DNA of 64,000 nucleotides, from the NCBI GenBank assembly GCA_965223325.1, contig CBDCWI010000002.1:256001-320000 (forward strand), written 5' to 3'. A program made the position numbers and the translations under genes. Below the pieces are notes generated by a model. That model did not search any database. It had not been told where the DNA came from and saw only the letters and a list, made by a program, of their open reading frames with translations. Of the stretch, positions 41,537 to 51,270 are shown in pieces (position 1 is the stretch's first letter; every line of letters starts with the position of its first letter). This DNA comes from Candidatus Multivoradales bacterium. Lineage in GTDB: Bacteria > Acidobacteriota > Thermoanaerobaculia > Multivoradales > Multivoraceae.

Positions 41537-43396
41537 ATGGAGAAGCTAGACCCCAACGGCGACGGCCAGTCGATGGACTTGACCAGCGAGAACGTCAACG
41601 CGCTCGAAGAGCTCTTTCCCGAAGCGTTCCGCGAAGGGAAGGTCGACTTCGACGTTCTGCGCGAGCTTCTCGGGGACGCGCTCGACGACCGGCCGGAGCG
41701 CTACGGCCTGAGCTGGAACGGGAAGAAAGAAGCCCGGCGGATCGCGCAGATGCCATCGGCTGGCACCCTCCGGCCGGCGCCGAAGGAATCGGTCGATTGG
41801 GAGAACACCCGAAACCTCTTCATCGAGGGGGACAATCTCGAGGTTCTGAAGCTTCTCCAGAAGTCCTACCACCGTCGCGTCAAGCTGATCTACATCGACC
41901 CCCCCTACAACACCGGGGGTGAGTTCATCTATCCGGATCGGTACCAGGACAACCTGGAGACCTACCTCCGATTCACCGGACAGGTGGACGACGAAGGGTT
42001 CAAGCTCTCGGCAAATGCCGAGACGACCGGGCGCTATCACACGAACTGGCTCAACATGTTGTACCCGCGCTTGAAGCTCGCACGGAATCTCTTGCGTGAC
42101 GATGGTGTCATTGTCGTTTCGATTGATGACAACGAGTGCCACAACCTCCGTCATCTCCTCGATGAGATCTTTGGTCCCGAGAACTTCCTCACGGCCATTG
42201 CGTGGCAGAAGGCCTACGTTGCGAACATGACGGCGCGGCATATATCCACCACTCACGACTACCTTCTGGTATACGCACGAAGCGAGTTGTCGGCAGCGGT
42301 TGGAAGGATGCCTAGGACGAAAGAACAGATCGCAGCTTTCACCAACCCGGACGATGACCCTCGGGGCCCTTGGAAAGCTGAGAACCTCTCGGCGGGCAAA
42401 TACTACTCGGCAGGTCAGTTTCTAATCCGAATCCCGACAGGCGAGGAGGTCGGACCTCCTCCTGGCCGCTACTGGCGGTGCAACGAAGAGACCTACGAGC
42501 GATGGCTCGCCGAGGGTCGGATCACCTTCGGGGCTTCCGGCACTGGCCGCCCGATGCTCAAGAAGTACCTATCAGAGGTCCGAGAGGGACTCACTCCAGA
42601 GTCTTGGTGGCCACACAGAGTCTTCGGCTCGAACAAGCAGGCGACTACTGAACTGAAGAGCCTCTTTGACGGCGCTCAGACCTTCGACACCCCAAAGCCT
42701 GTCCTGCTCATGACTTGGCTGCTCCGGCTGTTTGCTCCCGAAGGGGGACTGGTAGTGGATTTTTTCGCCGGGTCAGGGAGCCTGGGCGCCGCCACCTATC
42801 GACTCGGTGGCGAGTCGGATCAGAGCTGGAGATTCTTGATGGTTCAATTGCCTGAGCCAACGGATCTGGAATCCTACGGCACCGTCAGTGACATTACTAT
42901 CGATCGACTCAAGCGAGAGGCTGCTCAGGTACGGCAGTCTAGGCAAAGCAACCTCCTCGAGGCCGGGCGGGAAGTCGACCTAGGCTTCCGAGTCTTCAAA
43001 CTCGCTAGCAGCAACATCAAGCCCTGGGACGCCAGCTACGACAACGTCGAGGGCGCATTGATCGACTCGATCGAGAACATCAAGGCCGACCGGTCGGAAG
43101 ACGATGTCCTTTACGAGCTTCTCCTGAAGTACGGTCTCGATCTTGCGACTCCAGTCGAAGCCCGCAAGATCCACGATAGGAAAGTCCACGTGTTGGGATC
43201 TGGCGCCCTGGTCGTCTGCCTCGCCGACCGCATCGGCCTGAAAGTGGTGGAAGGTATCGCCGCGCTGAAGGAGGAGCTCCAGCCCGAGATCATGCGGGTC
43301 GTCTTTCGCGACACGTCCTTTGAGGACGACGTTGCCAAGACCAACGCGGTGCAGATCTTGCGTCAAGCGGGTATCGACGACGTCAAGAGCCTCTGA
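41537..43396 (+). CDS. mod: Type III R-M N6-adenine methyltransferase (Mod)
   Basis: NLFIEGDNLEVLKLL, IYIDPPYNTG, FDTPKP, DFFAGSG. Confidence 0.95.
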   Translation: MEKLDPNGDGQSMDLTSENVNALEELFPEAFREGKVDFDVLRELLGDALDDRPERYGLSWNGKKEARRIAQMPSAGTLRPAPKESVDWENTRNLFIEGDNLEVLKLLQKSYHRRVKLIYIDPPYNTGGEFIYPDRYQDNLETYLRFTGQVDDEGFKLSANAETTGRYHTNWLNMLYPRLKLARNLLRDDGVIVVSIDDNECHNLRHLLDEIFGPENFLTAIAWQKAYVANMTARHISTTHDYLLVYARSELSAAVGRMPRTKEQIAAFTNPDDDPRGPWKAENLSAGKYYSAGQFLIRIPTGEEVGPPPGRYWRCNEETYERWLAEGRITFGASGTGRPMLKKYLSEVREGLTPESWWPHRVFGSNKQATTELKSLFDGAQTFDTPKPVLLMTWLLRLFAPEGGLVVDFFAGSGSLGAATYRLGGESDQSWRFLMVQLPEPTDLESYGTVSDITIDRLKREAAQVRQSRQSNLLEAGREVDLGFRVFKLASSNIKPWDASYDNVEGALIDSIENIKADRSEDDVLYELLLKYGLDLATPVEARKIHDRKVHVLGSGALVVCLADRIGLKVVEGIAALKEELQPEIMRVVFRDTSFEDDVAKTNAVQILRQAGIDDVKSL

Positions 43397-46395
43397 TGAT
43401 GAAGTTCCAGTTCGACGCTGAGCTCGACTATCAGGGGGAGGCGATCGCCTCGGTAGCCGATGTCTTCGAGGGGCAAGAGATCTGTCGGACGAATTTCACT
43501 GTGACCCGCGGCACGGGCGGTCCGCAAAGCGTCTTGTTCGACACCGAGTTGGGCATCGGCAACCGGCTGAAGCTACTCGACGAGGACGTCCTCGCCAACG
43601 TGCGGGCGATCCAGATTCGGAACGGCCTGGCACCGAGCAAGGCACTTACGGGCCTCGACTTCACCGTGGAGATGGAGACCGGGACCGGGAAGACCTACGT
43701 CTACCTCCGCACGGCCTTCGAGCTGCATCAGCAGTACGGCTTCACCAAGTTCGTCATCGTGGTCCCTTCGATCGCGATCAAAGAGGGCGTCTACAAGTCC
43801 CTCGAGATGACCGAGTCCCACTTCAAGGGGCTCTACGACAACGTCCGGTACGACTACTTCGTCTACGACTCCCAGGACCTGAGCAAGGTGCGCAATTTCG
43901 CGACCAGCGACTGCGTCCAGTTCATGGTGATCAACATCGACGCCTTTCGGCGCAGCTTCAAGGACCCCAGCAAAGAGGACAAGGCGAACATCATCCACCG
44001 GGCCCACGACCGGATGTCGGGCTCTCGGCCGATCGAGTTCATTCAGGAAACCCACCCGATCGTGATCATCGACGAGCCCCAGAGCGTCGACACGACACCG
44101 AAGAGCCGCCAGGCAATCGCGTCCCTGAATCCGCTGTGCACTCTCCGCTACTCGGCGACCCACCGCGACAAGCACTGCCAGCTCTATCGGCTCGATGCGG
44201 TCGACGCCTACGAGCGCCGACTCGTCAAGCAGATCGAAGTGGCAGGAATCGAGGCGGAGGGGGCGCACAATCAGGCTTACGTGAAGCTGGTGAAGGTCGA
44301 CAACACCAAGGGGTCAATTGCGGCGACGGTCGAGATCGATGTCGTCGAAGGGGCGAAGCGCACCGTAATGCGCAGGAAGAGGACCGTCCGCAGCGGCGAT
44401 GATCTCTTCGAGCTCACGGGTGGGCGAGATGTCTACAGCGGCTACATCCTGGACGACATCTACTGCGAGAAGGGAAACGAGTACATCACCTTCACGAGTC
44501 GGCCCGAAGTCATCCTCCTCCACCAGGCCATCGGGGAGCTGAACGTCGACGAGCTCAAGCGGGTCCAGATCCGCAGAACCATCCAGGAGCACCTCGACAA
44601 GTCCTTGCGCTTGCGAAAGAGCGGCCTGAAGGTCCTGAGTCTATTCTTCATCGACAGGGTCGCGAACTACCGCGACTACGATGACGAAGGCAACCCGGTC
44701 CATGGGAAGTACGCTCGGTTCTTCGAGGAGGAGTTTCTCCAGATCGCCAAGCAGCCGAAGTACCGGCCCCTCCTCGACGGAAGGGAGCTGGAGGCACTCG
44801 CTTCCAGGATTCACGACGGGTACTTCGCGATCGACAAGAAGAAGGACTCGGCTGGCCAGGGTCGGTTCAAGGAGTCCCGCGGCGAAGGGAAGACGGCAGC
44901 GGACGGGGATGCGTACCAGCTCATCATGCGGGACAAGGAACGGCTTCTGAGCTTCGAGAGCGAGCTCGAGTTCATCTTCTCGCACTCCGCTCTGCGTGAG
45001 GGCTGGGACAACCCGAACGTCTTCCAGATCTGCACCCTGAACGAGACCACCTCGACGATCAAGAAACGCCAAGAGATCGGGCGCGGCCTCCGGCTTGCGG
45101 TCAATCAGGACGGGGAGCGGGTCTTCGGGTTCGACGTCAACACGTTGACCGTGATGGCGAACGAGTCCTACGAGGACTTCGCCCGTCAGCTCCAGAAGGA
45201 GATCGAGGAGGACACCGGGATCCGCTTCGGGGTCGTCGAAGCGCACTCGTTCGCAAACATCCCGGTCCGGCAGGCCGACGGATCACTCGGCCACTTCGGA
45301 GTCGAGCGGTCGGAAGAAGTGTTCGAGTATCTCATCGAGAAGGACTACCTGGACTCGCGCGGTCGAGTGCAAGACAGTCTGCGAGTCGCTCTGAAGGAGG
45401 GCACGCTCGAGCTACCAGAAGGCGTGGCCGAGAAAGAAGACGCCGAGATCAAGGCCTTCCTGACCAAGATCGCTGGGCACCTCAACGTCCGGGACGCCGA
45501 CGAACGGACCCGCGTGAAGCTCAACAAAGCCGTCCTGCTCAGTCCGGAGTTCCAGGAGCTCTGGGACCGCATCAAGTACCGGACAACTTTCCGTGTGGAC
45601 TTCGATCCGGAGGAGCTGATACAGGCCTGCGCCGACGAGATCCGCAAGTCGCTAGTGGTTGGCAAGGCGAAGTTCGTCGTGCGCAAGAGCACGGCCGAGA
45701 TCGATCGCGGCGGCGTGCGGATGGACGAGGTCAGGGAAAAGGTCTATCGCTACGACGCGACCGACTTCGACCTCCCGGACATCGTTACCTACCTGCAGAA
45801 CGAGACGAACCTAACCCGCCGCTCGATCGTCGAGATCCTGCGCCGAAGCGGCAAGCTGGAGCAGTTCACCTGGAACCCACAGAAGTTCATCGAGAAAGCC
45901 TCGGAGCTGATCCGGCACCAGATGCGTCTCTTCATCGTCGACGGCATCAAGTACCAGAAGATCGGCGAGACGGCAGTCTACGCCCAGGAGCTCTTCGAGG
46001 ACCAGGAGCTCTACGGCTATCTCGAGAAGAACATGCTCGCCGCCGAGAAGTGCGTCTACGACCACGTCGTCTACGACTCCGAAGTCGAGCACGAGTTCGC
46101 CGAGGCATTCGAAGGCAGCGACGACGTCAAGGTCTACGCCAAGCTCCCGAGCTGGTTCAAGATCGAAACTCCCCTCGGGAGCTACAACCCGGACTGGGCG
46201 GTGGTCGTCGAGCAGAACGGTGCGCGCCGGCTCTACTTCGTGGTCGAGTCGAAGGGCAGCTTGCTCAAGGGCGACCTACGAGTTACCGAGCAAGCGAAGA
46301 TCGACTGCGGGAAGCAACACTTCGCGGCGCTCGGCACCGACGCGCGGTTCGAGAAGGCGAAGAGCTTCGAGAACTTCCAAGAGTCGTGGAGGTAG
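43396..46395 (+). CDS. res: Type III R-M restriction subunit (Res)
   Basis: EMETGTGKT, IIDEPQ, RYSATH, LREGWDNPNVFQIC, QEIGRGLRL, YNPDWA..VVESKG PD-(D/E)xK motif. Confidence 0.95.
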   Translation: MMKFQFDAELDYQGEAIASVADVFEGQEICRTNFTVTRGTGGPQSVLFDTELGIGNRLKLLDEDVLANVRAIQIRNGLAPSKALTGLDFTVEMETGTGKTYVYLRTAFELHQQYGFTKFVIVVPSIAIKEGVYKSLEMTESHFKGLYDNVRYDYFVYDSQDLSKVRNFATSDCVQFMVINIDAFRRSFKDPSKEDKANIIHRAHDRMSGSRPIEFIQETHPIVIIDEPQSVDTTPKSRQAIASLNPLCTLRYSATHRDKHCQLYRLDAVDAYERRLVKQIEVAGIEAEGAHNQAYVKLVKVDNTKGSIAATVEIDVVEGAKRTVMRRKRTVRSGDDLFELTGGRDVYSGYILDDIYCEKGNEYITFTSRPEVILLHQAIGELNVDELKRVQIRRTIQEHLDKSLRLRKSGLKVLSLFFIDRVANYRDYDDEGNPVHGKYARFFEEEFLQIAKQPKYRPLLDGRELEALASRIHDGYFAIDKKKDSAGQGRFKESRGEGKTAADGDAYQLIMRDKERLLSFESELEFIFSHSALREGWDNPNVFQICTLNETTSTIKKRQEIGRGLRLAVNQDGERVFGFDVNTLTVMANESYEDFARQLQKEIEEDTGIRFGVVEAHSFANIPVRQADGSLGHFGVERSEEVFEYLIEKDYLDSRGRVQDSLRVALKEGTLELPEGVAEKEDAEIKAFLTKIAGHLNVRDADERTRVKLNKAVLLSPEFQELWDRIKYRTTFRVDFDPEELIQACADEIRKSLVVGKAKFVVRKSTAEIDRGGVRMDEVREKVYRYDATDFDLPDIVTYLQNETNLTRRSIVEILRRSGKLEQFTWNPQKFIEKASELIRHQMRLFIVDGIKYQKIGETAVYAQELFEDQELYGYLEKNMLAAEKCVYDHVVYDSEVEHEFAEAFEGSDDVKVYAKLPSWFKIETPLGSYNPDWAVVVEQNGARRLYFVVESKGSLLKGDLRVTEQAKIDCGKQHFAALGTDARFEKAKSFENFQESWR

Positions 46396-46406
46396 GGCTG
46401 GGTTCA

Positions 46407-47384
46407 ATGGATGTCGAGGACTTCTGGCGGCCGTTCGAAGGGGAGGCGGACTCGCTCGCGAAGGTTCAGGATTACGTTCAGCAGATCTTCGACAAGTGGT
46501 CCGTAAAGAAAAGGGTTCTGGCCTGGAGAGGCCAGAGGGACGCGAGCTGGCCTCTCCACAGCTCGCTGTACCGCCGCTTGCTTTGGACATCCAGAGCGGG
46601 CTCTCCCTCTGCCGAGCCACCGACCGAGGACGACGTTGCTGCTGCGGAACACACGATCCTCGTCGAGCTACATCGGTGGGGCCTGCACATGAGCCAGCTT
46701 GGGCGCCTGCCGGTCCTGGCCCAGCTCGCAGCGTTGCAGCACTACGGCGCGCCAACGCGGCTCATCGACGTGACCTTCAATCCGTGGATTGGTCTCTGGT
46801 TTGCGGTTCAGGACGAGTGGAAGGATGGTGAGCGGCAGCCGGACATCGACGCGAGGCTCTTCGCGATCGACGTGACCGATCGGCTCATCAACGAGGCTTC
46901 CGATCTCCGGTCCTGGGAGGACGACCTCGATCGACCTTGGCCGAAGACGCCCGGGAAGTCGGAGCGGCAAGAGGTGAAGGACACATTCGGCGGCTGGGTT
47001 ACGAGGACGTTCGCCTGGAAGCCTCCGCACTTCCACCCACGGCTCGCAGCTCAGAACGGCGGGTTCATCTTCGGAGGTGTACCGCAGAAGCGGTCGGGCA
47101 GCAGTTTGCAATGGCCCAAGGACGAATCGCCACAGGCGAAGCGATGGAAGATTGCCGAAGTGCGCGACGCGACATCAGTAGCTCTTCGAGTGCACAAGCT
47201 GGGTTCCCAGAAGGGAGGGCCGTCTTCGAACGCGGTCTACACGATCCGGATCAAGAGCGGAGCGATTGAGAAGATCCGGGTGCAGCTCGAAAGCCTCTTC
47301 GGGCACCGCCACTCCACAATGTATCCAGACTTCACTGGCTTCTCGGACTTCGCTGTGCGCTCCCTTCGAAACTCACCCCCCTAG
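46407..47384 (+). CDS. FRG-domain protein
   Basis: WRGQRDASWPLHSSLYR, LQHYGAPTRLIDVTFNP, RLAAQNGGF. Confidence 0.85.
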   Translation: MDVEDFWRPFEGEADSLAKVQDYVQQIFDKWSVKKRVLAWRGQRDASWPLHSSLYRRLLWTSRAGSPSAEPPTEDDVAAAEHTILVELHRWGLHMSQLGRLPVLAQLAALQHYGAPTRLIDVTFNPWIGLWFAVQDEWKDGERQPDIDARLFAIDVTDRLINEASDLRSWEDDLDRPWPKTPGKSERQEVKDTFGGWVTRTFAWKPPHFHPRLAAQNGGFIFGGVPQKRSGSSLQWPKDESPQAKRWKIAEVRDATSVALRVHKLGSQKGGPSSNAVYTIRIKSGAIEKIRVQLESLFGHRHSTMYPDFTGFSDFAVRSLRNSPP

Positions 47385-47390
47385 CGATCC

Positions 47391-47879
47391 ATGACTCCTG
47401 TGACAGTGCGGTCGAACGAGAGACAGCCTCGAAGGTGGCTGTGGGTCTTCGGAGAGATCGACGGCCTCCGCTGGGTGCTCGATCACCGGCAGATGGCGTT
47501 CCGAACCCACCAGGCACGACGTGCGGGCCGGATTCGAGAACGCGATACAGCGGTCCTCTACGTCACCCGCGGGGCCTTCCACAATCCGACGCGCGATCGG
47601 GCCCGGCTGGCCGGCTTGGCAGAGGTGATCGGACCACCGGAACAGGGTCAGTCGGTGGAGATCATTGACCGGGAGTTTCAACTCCTCGTTCCGATTCAGG
47701 TGACGATCCTACTTCCCGAGCGGGAGGGTCCGGAGGTCGCGCCGGTGGCCGGCCGCCTAGACCGCGTCAAGCGTCCAGAGGTCTGGGGACACTACTTCCG
47801 AAACAGCCCCATCGAGATGACGGAGCACGACTGGACGCTCCTTCGCGGCTTGATCGAAGAGTGGAGGACCGAACAGTGA
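47391..47879 (+). CDS. EVE/PUA-like domain protein (putative modified-base reader)
   Basis: W-rich N-terminus, RIRERDTAVLYVT, LAGLAEV, C-terminal IEMTEHDW; recognised by pattern only. Confidence 0.55.
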   Translation: MTPVTVRSNERQPRRWLWVFGEIDGLRWVLDHRQMAFRTHQARRAGRIRERDTAVLYVTRGAFHNPTRDRARLAGLAEVIGPPEQGQSVEIIDREFQLLVPIQVTILLPEREGPEVAPVAGRLDRVKRPEVWGHYFRNSPIEMTEHDWTLLRGLIEEWRTEQ

Positions 47880-48733
47880 GCCTCGCCGCGCCCTTTTCAA
47901 TTCGGATCTTCCTGCCGAGTGGGGATCCAGAAGGGCTCCGCCTGGTCGAGAAGTCCAACTGGACGGGACTGGGCCTGACCTTTCCGCGATCGAAGTTCTC
48001 GGAGGCCAGGAAGAGGTCGGAGCTCGATCAAACCGGGATCTACGTTCTGGTGGGACCTCGCGAGGGAGGGGAGCTCCCGACGGTCTACATAGGAGAGGGC
48101 GATGTCGTTCGGCGGCGTCTCGAGAAGCACTACGGCAAGAAGGACTTCTGGACGCGAGCCGTCGTCTTCGTCTCGAAGGACGGCTATCTGAACAAAGCGC
48201 ACGTGAGCTTTCTGGAGTCCCGACTGCTCGCTCGGGCGCAGCAGGCGAAGCGGTGCAAGCTCGACAACGCGACCGGCTCGCAGCCACCGAGCCTTTCGGA
48301 GGCGGACCAGGCGGATGCCGAGGGCTTCCTCGCCGACATGCTGAGCATCTTCCCGGTGCTGGGAGTCAACGTATTCGACATGCCCCGCAAGGCGAAACCC
48401 CACGACGCAAGCCGATTGACTCTTCGCGCCAAGGGTGTCGTCGCCCGAGGCTACGAGTCCGAAGAGGGGTTCGTGGTCCTCGAAGGCTCCGAGATCGTCA
48501 CGAGCGAAGTGAAATCGATCCATCAGTACCTCTCCGACATGCGGAAGGAGCTGGCTGAGGAAGGAGTCATCACCACAGACGGCCAGCCATGGAAGCTTGC
48601 CCAGGACTATCCGTTCAACTCCCCGTCGACGGCCGCGGGGGTGGTTCTCGGGAGATCGGCCAACGGGCGAAAGGAGTGGAAGGACGCGGCGGGACGGACG
48701 TTGAGGCAGATCCAGGAGGAGGAGGCGAGCTGA
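47876..48733 (+). CDS. GIY-YIG nuclease with a DUF4357 C-terminus
   Basis: GIYVL...VYIGE, LNKAHVSFLE, FVVLEGS, FNSPSTAAGVVLGRSANGRKEWK. Confidence 0.88.
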   Translation: MSLAAPFSIRIFLPSGDPEGLRLVEKSNWTGLGLTFPRSKFSEARKRSELDQTGIYVLVGPREGGELPTVYIGEGDVVRRRLEKHYGKKDFWTRAVVFVSKDGYLNKAHVSFLESRLLARAQQAKRCKLDNATGSQPPSLSEADQADAEGFLADMLSIFPVLGVNVFDMPRKAKPHDASRLTLRAKGVVARGYESEEGFVVLEGSEIVTSEVKSIHQYLSDMRKELAEEGVITTDGQPWKLAQDYPFNSPSTAAGVVLGRSANGRKEWKDAAGRTLRQIQEEEAS

Positions 48734-48806
48734 CCATCGGCGCGCTAGCGGGGCTCCATGCCGACCCGACCACGGACCCTTTGATCGAGTCGCAGGAATC
48801 GAGAAG

Positions 48807-49922
48807 CTAGAACGGAGCCGAGTCTCTGAGCCGCGACAGCCGCTTCGCGAGGTCGGCTGCAGATACCGGTCGTTGGCCGGGATCCAGGCTGAGGGCAGCG
48901 TCGAAGAACTCTCGCAGCTGTGTGCTGCAGCCGGGCTTGCACGCTTGGATGGGGCGTGGCGGCTTCGTCTTGATTCGATTGACTAGGGTGAGTCGATCCT
49001 TCGCCTCGAATGGCCGGCGCCCGGTCAGCGTCTCGTAGAAGACCACTGCGAGTGCCCAGAGGTCGAAAGAGGTGCTCGCCCTTTCGCGCTTGAGTGCTTC
49101 CGGCGACAGGTACGCCGGCGTTCCCACCACCGAATGGCCCGGCACACCCGACATGGTCACTTCGTCCTCCAGCTTCGCGAGCCCGAAGTCGAGGAGCTTG
49201 AGCTCCCCCTGCCGCGTGAAGCCGATGTTCCGCGGCTTGATGTCTCGATGCAGGATGCCAGCGGTGTGGAGACACTGCACCGCCTCGGTGACCTCGAGCA
49301 TGACCTCGATGGCAACGTCGAGCGGAAGTGGGATCTTGTCGGCCAGGGTTCCGCCATCGACGTACTGCATGACGATCATCGGCGTTCCGCAGAAGACCTC
49401 GAAGCCATACACGGCAGCCAGGTGACGGTGCGAGACTGCGGCAAGGGCCTGGGCTTCGCGCCGTAGGCGAGCCACGTCTTGCGGAGAAGTGACGCCTGGG
49501 AGCGTCTTGACGGCAACCCGCCGACCGAGCGAGAGGTCGATCGCCTCGTAGACGACACCGATTCCGCCCTTCCCGGCCCGCCTCTCGAACTGCAGCCGAC
49601 CCGGGATGACCTTCGGCACCACCGAGCGCTTCAGCTGCTCACCACACCGGCTGCAGTAGCAGTGCTCGTCGGAGTAGACGCGGCCGCAGCCGCACTCCTT
49701 CCCGAACGAGACCTCGCTGAGCCGCTTCTGGCTGAACGTCCGGTAGGCGGCCTGTTCCTCGGCCACCTCGGAAGCCACGGCTTCCGCCATTCGCACTAGG
49801 GCCTGCGCAACCCGAGCCGGCCGGATCCCGTCCCCCAGGCAGCGGTCCACGGCTCGACGTAAGTGCCGGTTGGCCTGGACCGCTCCGGTCTGTTCTTCGG
49901 TCGTGTCTCCGGTTGGCGCCAT
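48807..49922 (-). CDS. Hanks-type Ser/Thr kinase with an N-terminal zinc ribbon and no TM segment
   Basis: CGC..CSRC, GKGGIGVVY, VAVK, HRDIKPRN, DFG, GTPAYLSPE; GGAGG SD before ATG 49922. Confidence 0.92.
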   Translation of the reverse strand: MAPTGDTTEEQTGAVQANRHLRRAVDRCLGDGIRPARVAQALVRMAEAVASEVAEEQAAYRTFSQKRLSEVSFGKECGCGRVYSDEHCYCSRCGEQLKRSVVPKVIPGRLQFERRAGKGGIGVVYEAIDLSLGRRVAVKTLPGVTSPQDVARLRREAQALAAVSHRHLAAVYGFEVFCGTPMIVMQYVDGGTLADKIPLPLDVAIEVMLEVTEAVQCLHTAGILHRDIKPRNIGFTRQGELKLLDFGLAKLEDEVTMSGVPGHSVVGTPAYLSPEALKRERASTSFDLWALAVVFYETLTGRRPFEAKDRLTLVNRIKTKPPRPIQACKPGCSTQLREFFDAALSLDPGQRPVSAADLAKRLSRLRDSAPF

Positions 49923-50004
49923 ACCCCTCCTGCGGATCAGAAACGAGCCCGATGGACTCTTAACAGAACATCGCGTATGGTAAGAGTCCTCGCAGGAGAA
50001 GTCT

Positions 50005-50583
50005 ATGCCTCGAAGCCCATCAAGTCGCCTCACTCCGCTCGAAGTCCAGAAAATCCTGGCGGCAGCGCGCTCGGCGCGCCACGGCGTCCGTGACTACGCC
50101 ATGTTGCTGACCCTGTACCACCACGGTCTACGCGTCAGCGAGCTGTGTCGCTTGACCCAGGCGGACCTCGACCTCGAGGGCCGTCAGATCTGGATCGAGC
50201 GGCTGAAGGGCGGCCGGCCCGGCGCTCACCCGGTTCCCGAGAACGAGGCGGAGGCCCTGACGGCCTACCTCGAGGAACGCCGGGCCGAGGAAAGCCTCGA
50301 CCTCCCCGCACTCTTCCTCAACGAGAGAGGGTCGCCCCTGTCCCGCAACGCGGTCTATTACCTGATTCGCCGCGCCGGCGAGAACGCGGAAATCGGGCGC
50401 CCCCTCTACCCGCACCTCTTCCGCCACGCGGCAGGGTACAAGCTAGCCAGCGATGGTCACGACGTGCGGCTGATCCAGGAGTACCTCGGCCTTCGCTCCG
50501 CTCGCAGCGCCCTCCGGTTCGTCACGCCTCCGGGCGACGGTTCCGGAGAGGACCGCTTCGCGGGGCTCTGGACGGAGACTTGA
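50005..50583 (+). CDS. FimB/FimE-like tyrosine recombinase homolog lacking the catalytic Tyr
   Basis: HGLRVSE, RLKG, HLFRH and IQEYLGL..LRFV (normally LGH..RYT). Confidence 0.8.
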   Translation: MPRSPSSRLTPLEVQKILAAARSARHGVRDYAMLLTLYHHGLRVSELCRLTQADLDLEGRQIWIERLKGGRPGAHPVPENEAEALTAYLEERRAEESLDLPALFLNERGSPLSRNAVYYLIRRAGENAEIGRPLYPHLFRHAAGYKLASDGHDVRLIQEYLGLRSARSALRFVTPPGDGSGEDRFAGLWTET

Positions 50584-50588
50584 ATTCC

Positions 50589-51254
50589 ATGCCTACAAAG
50601 CCCCTCAACCCGCTGCAGCTCGCCGTGACGCTGCACTGGGAGCCGGAAGACCCGGCACCGACCGCGAGCTCGCCCGAGGCGAAGCGGATCCTCGACTACT
50701 GGCTCCATCAGATCGAGCACTTCGATCCGATCTTCGCTCCGGAGTACCTGGAGGCGCCGGCGCTCTTGGCCGAGCTCCTGATCGAGGAGCGAAGCCACGA
50801 CGATCGGAAGGCCCGGATTTCGGGCGATCAACGCTTCCACCATTGGGGCCTCTGCCAGCATCTCCTTGCGGAGGCGCAGCGGGCGGTGGCGAGCAGCGCG
50901 CTCCTCTCGCGGGAGCTGACGGAGCTGGCGGTTCTCGTTGCAATGAGGCTGGATCCGGGGCACTATCATCTGAGCTGGACCGAGGACCTGCGCAGCAAGG
51001 CCTGGTGCCTCAACGCGGACGCCAACCGGCGTCTGAACCAGACGGACGCGTCGCTCGACGCGCTGGAGAAGGCCAAGGTGCACTCGAAGGCGGGAACCGG
51101 CAGCGCGGAGCTGGCAGCGAGGATCGACAAGACCGAGATGAGCTTGAAGTGGAGACTCGAAGACGGGGTGCCGCACGGCTGCAAGGCCGAGCACGGCGGG
51201 TACGGCTCGTCGATGGCATGGGATGATCCCTCCTCTCATTCGAGAATCCTCTGA
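50589..51254 (+). CDS. Hypothetical alpha-helical (TPR-like) protein
   Basis: HHWGLCQHLL...ELAVLVAMRLDP...DLRSKAW..NADANRRL helical pattern; in an operon with its neighbours. Confidence 0.6.
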   Translation: MPTKPLNPLQLAVTLHWEPEDPAPTASSPEAKRILDYWLHQIEHFDPIFAPEYLEAPALLAELLIEERSHDDRKARISGDQRFHHWGLCQHLLAEAQRAVASSALLSRELTELAVLVAMRLDPGHYHLSWTEDLRSKAWCLNADANRRLNQTDASLDALEKAKVHSKAGTGSAELAARIDKTEMSLKWRLEDGVPHGCKAEHGGYGSSMAWDDPSSHSRIL

Positions 51255-51270
51255 GGAGAAGCCGCAACGG

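Noticed and set aside
49923-50004. fimS-like invertible switch beside the FimB-like gene
   Set aside because: No convincing flanking inverted repeats were found, and the recombinase lacks its catalytic Tyr.
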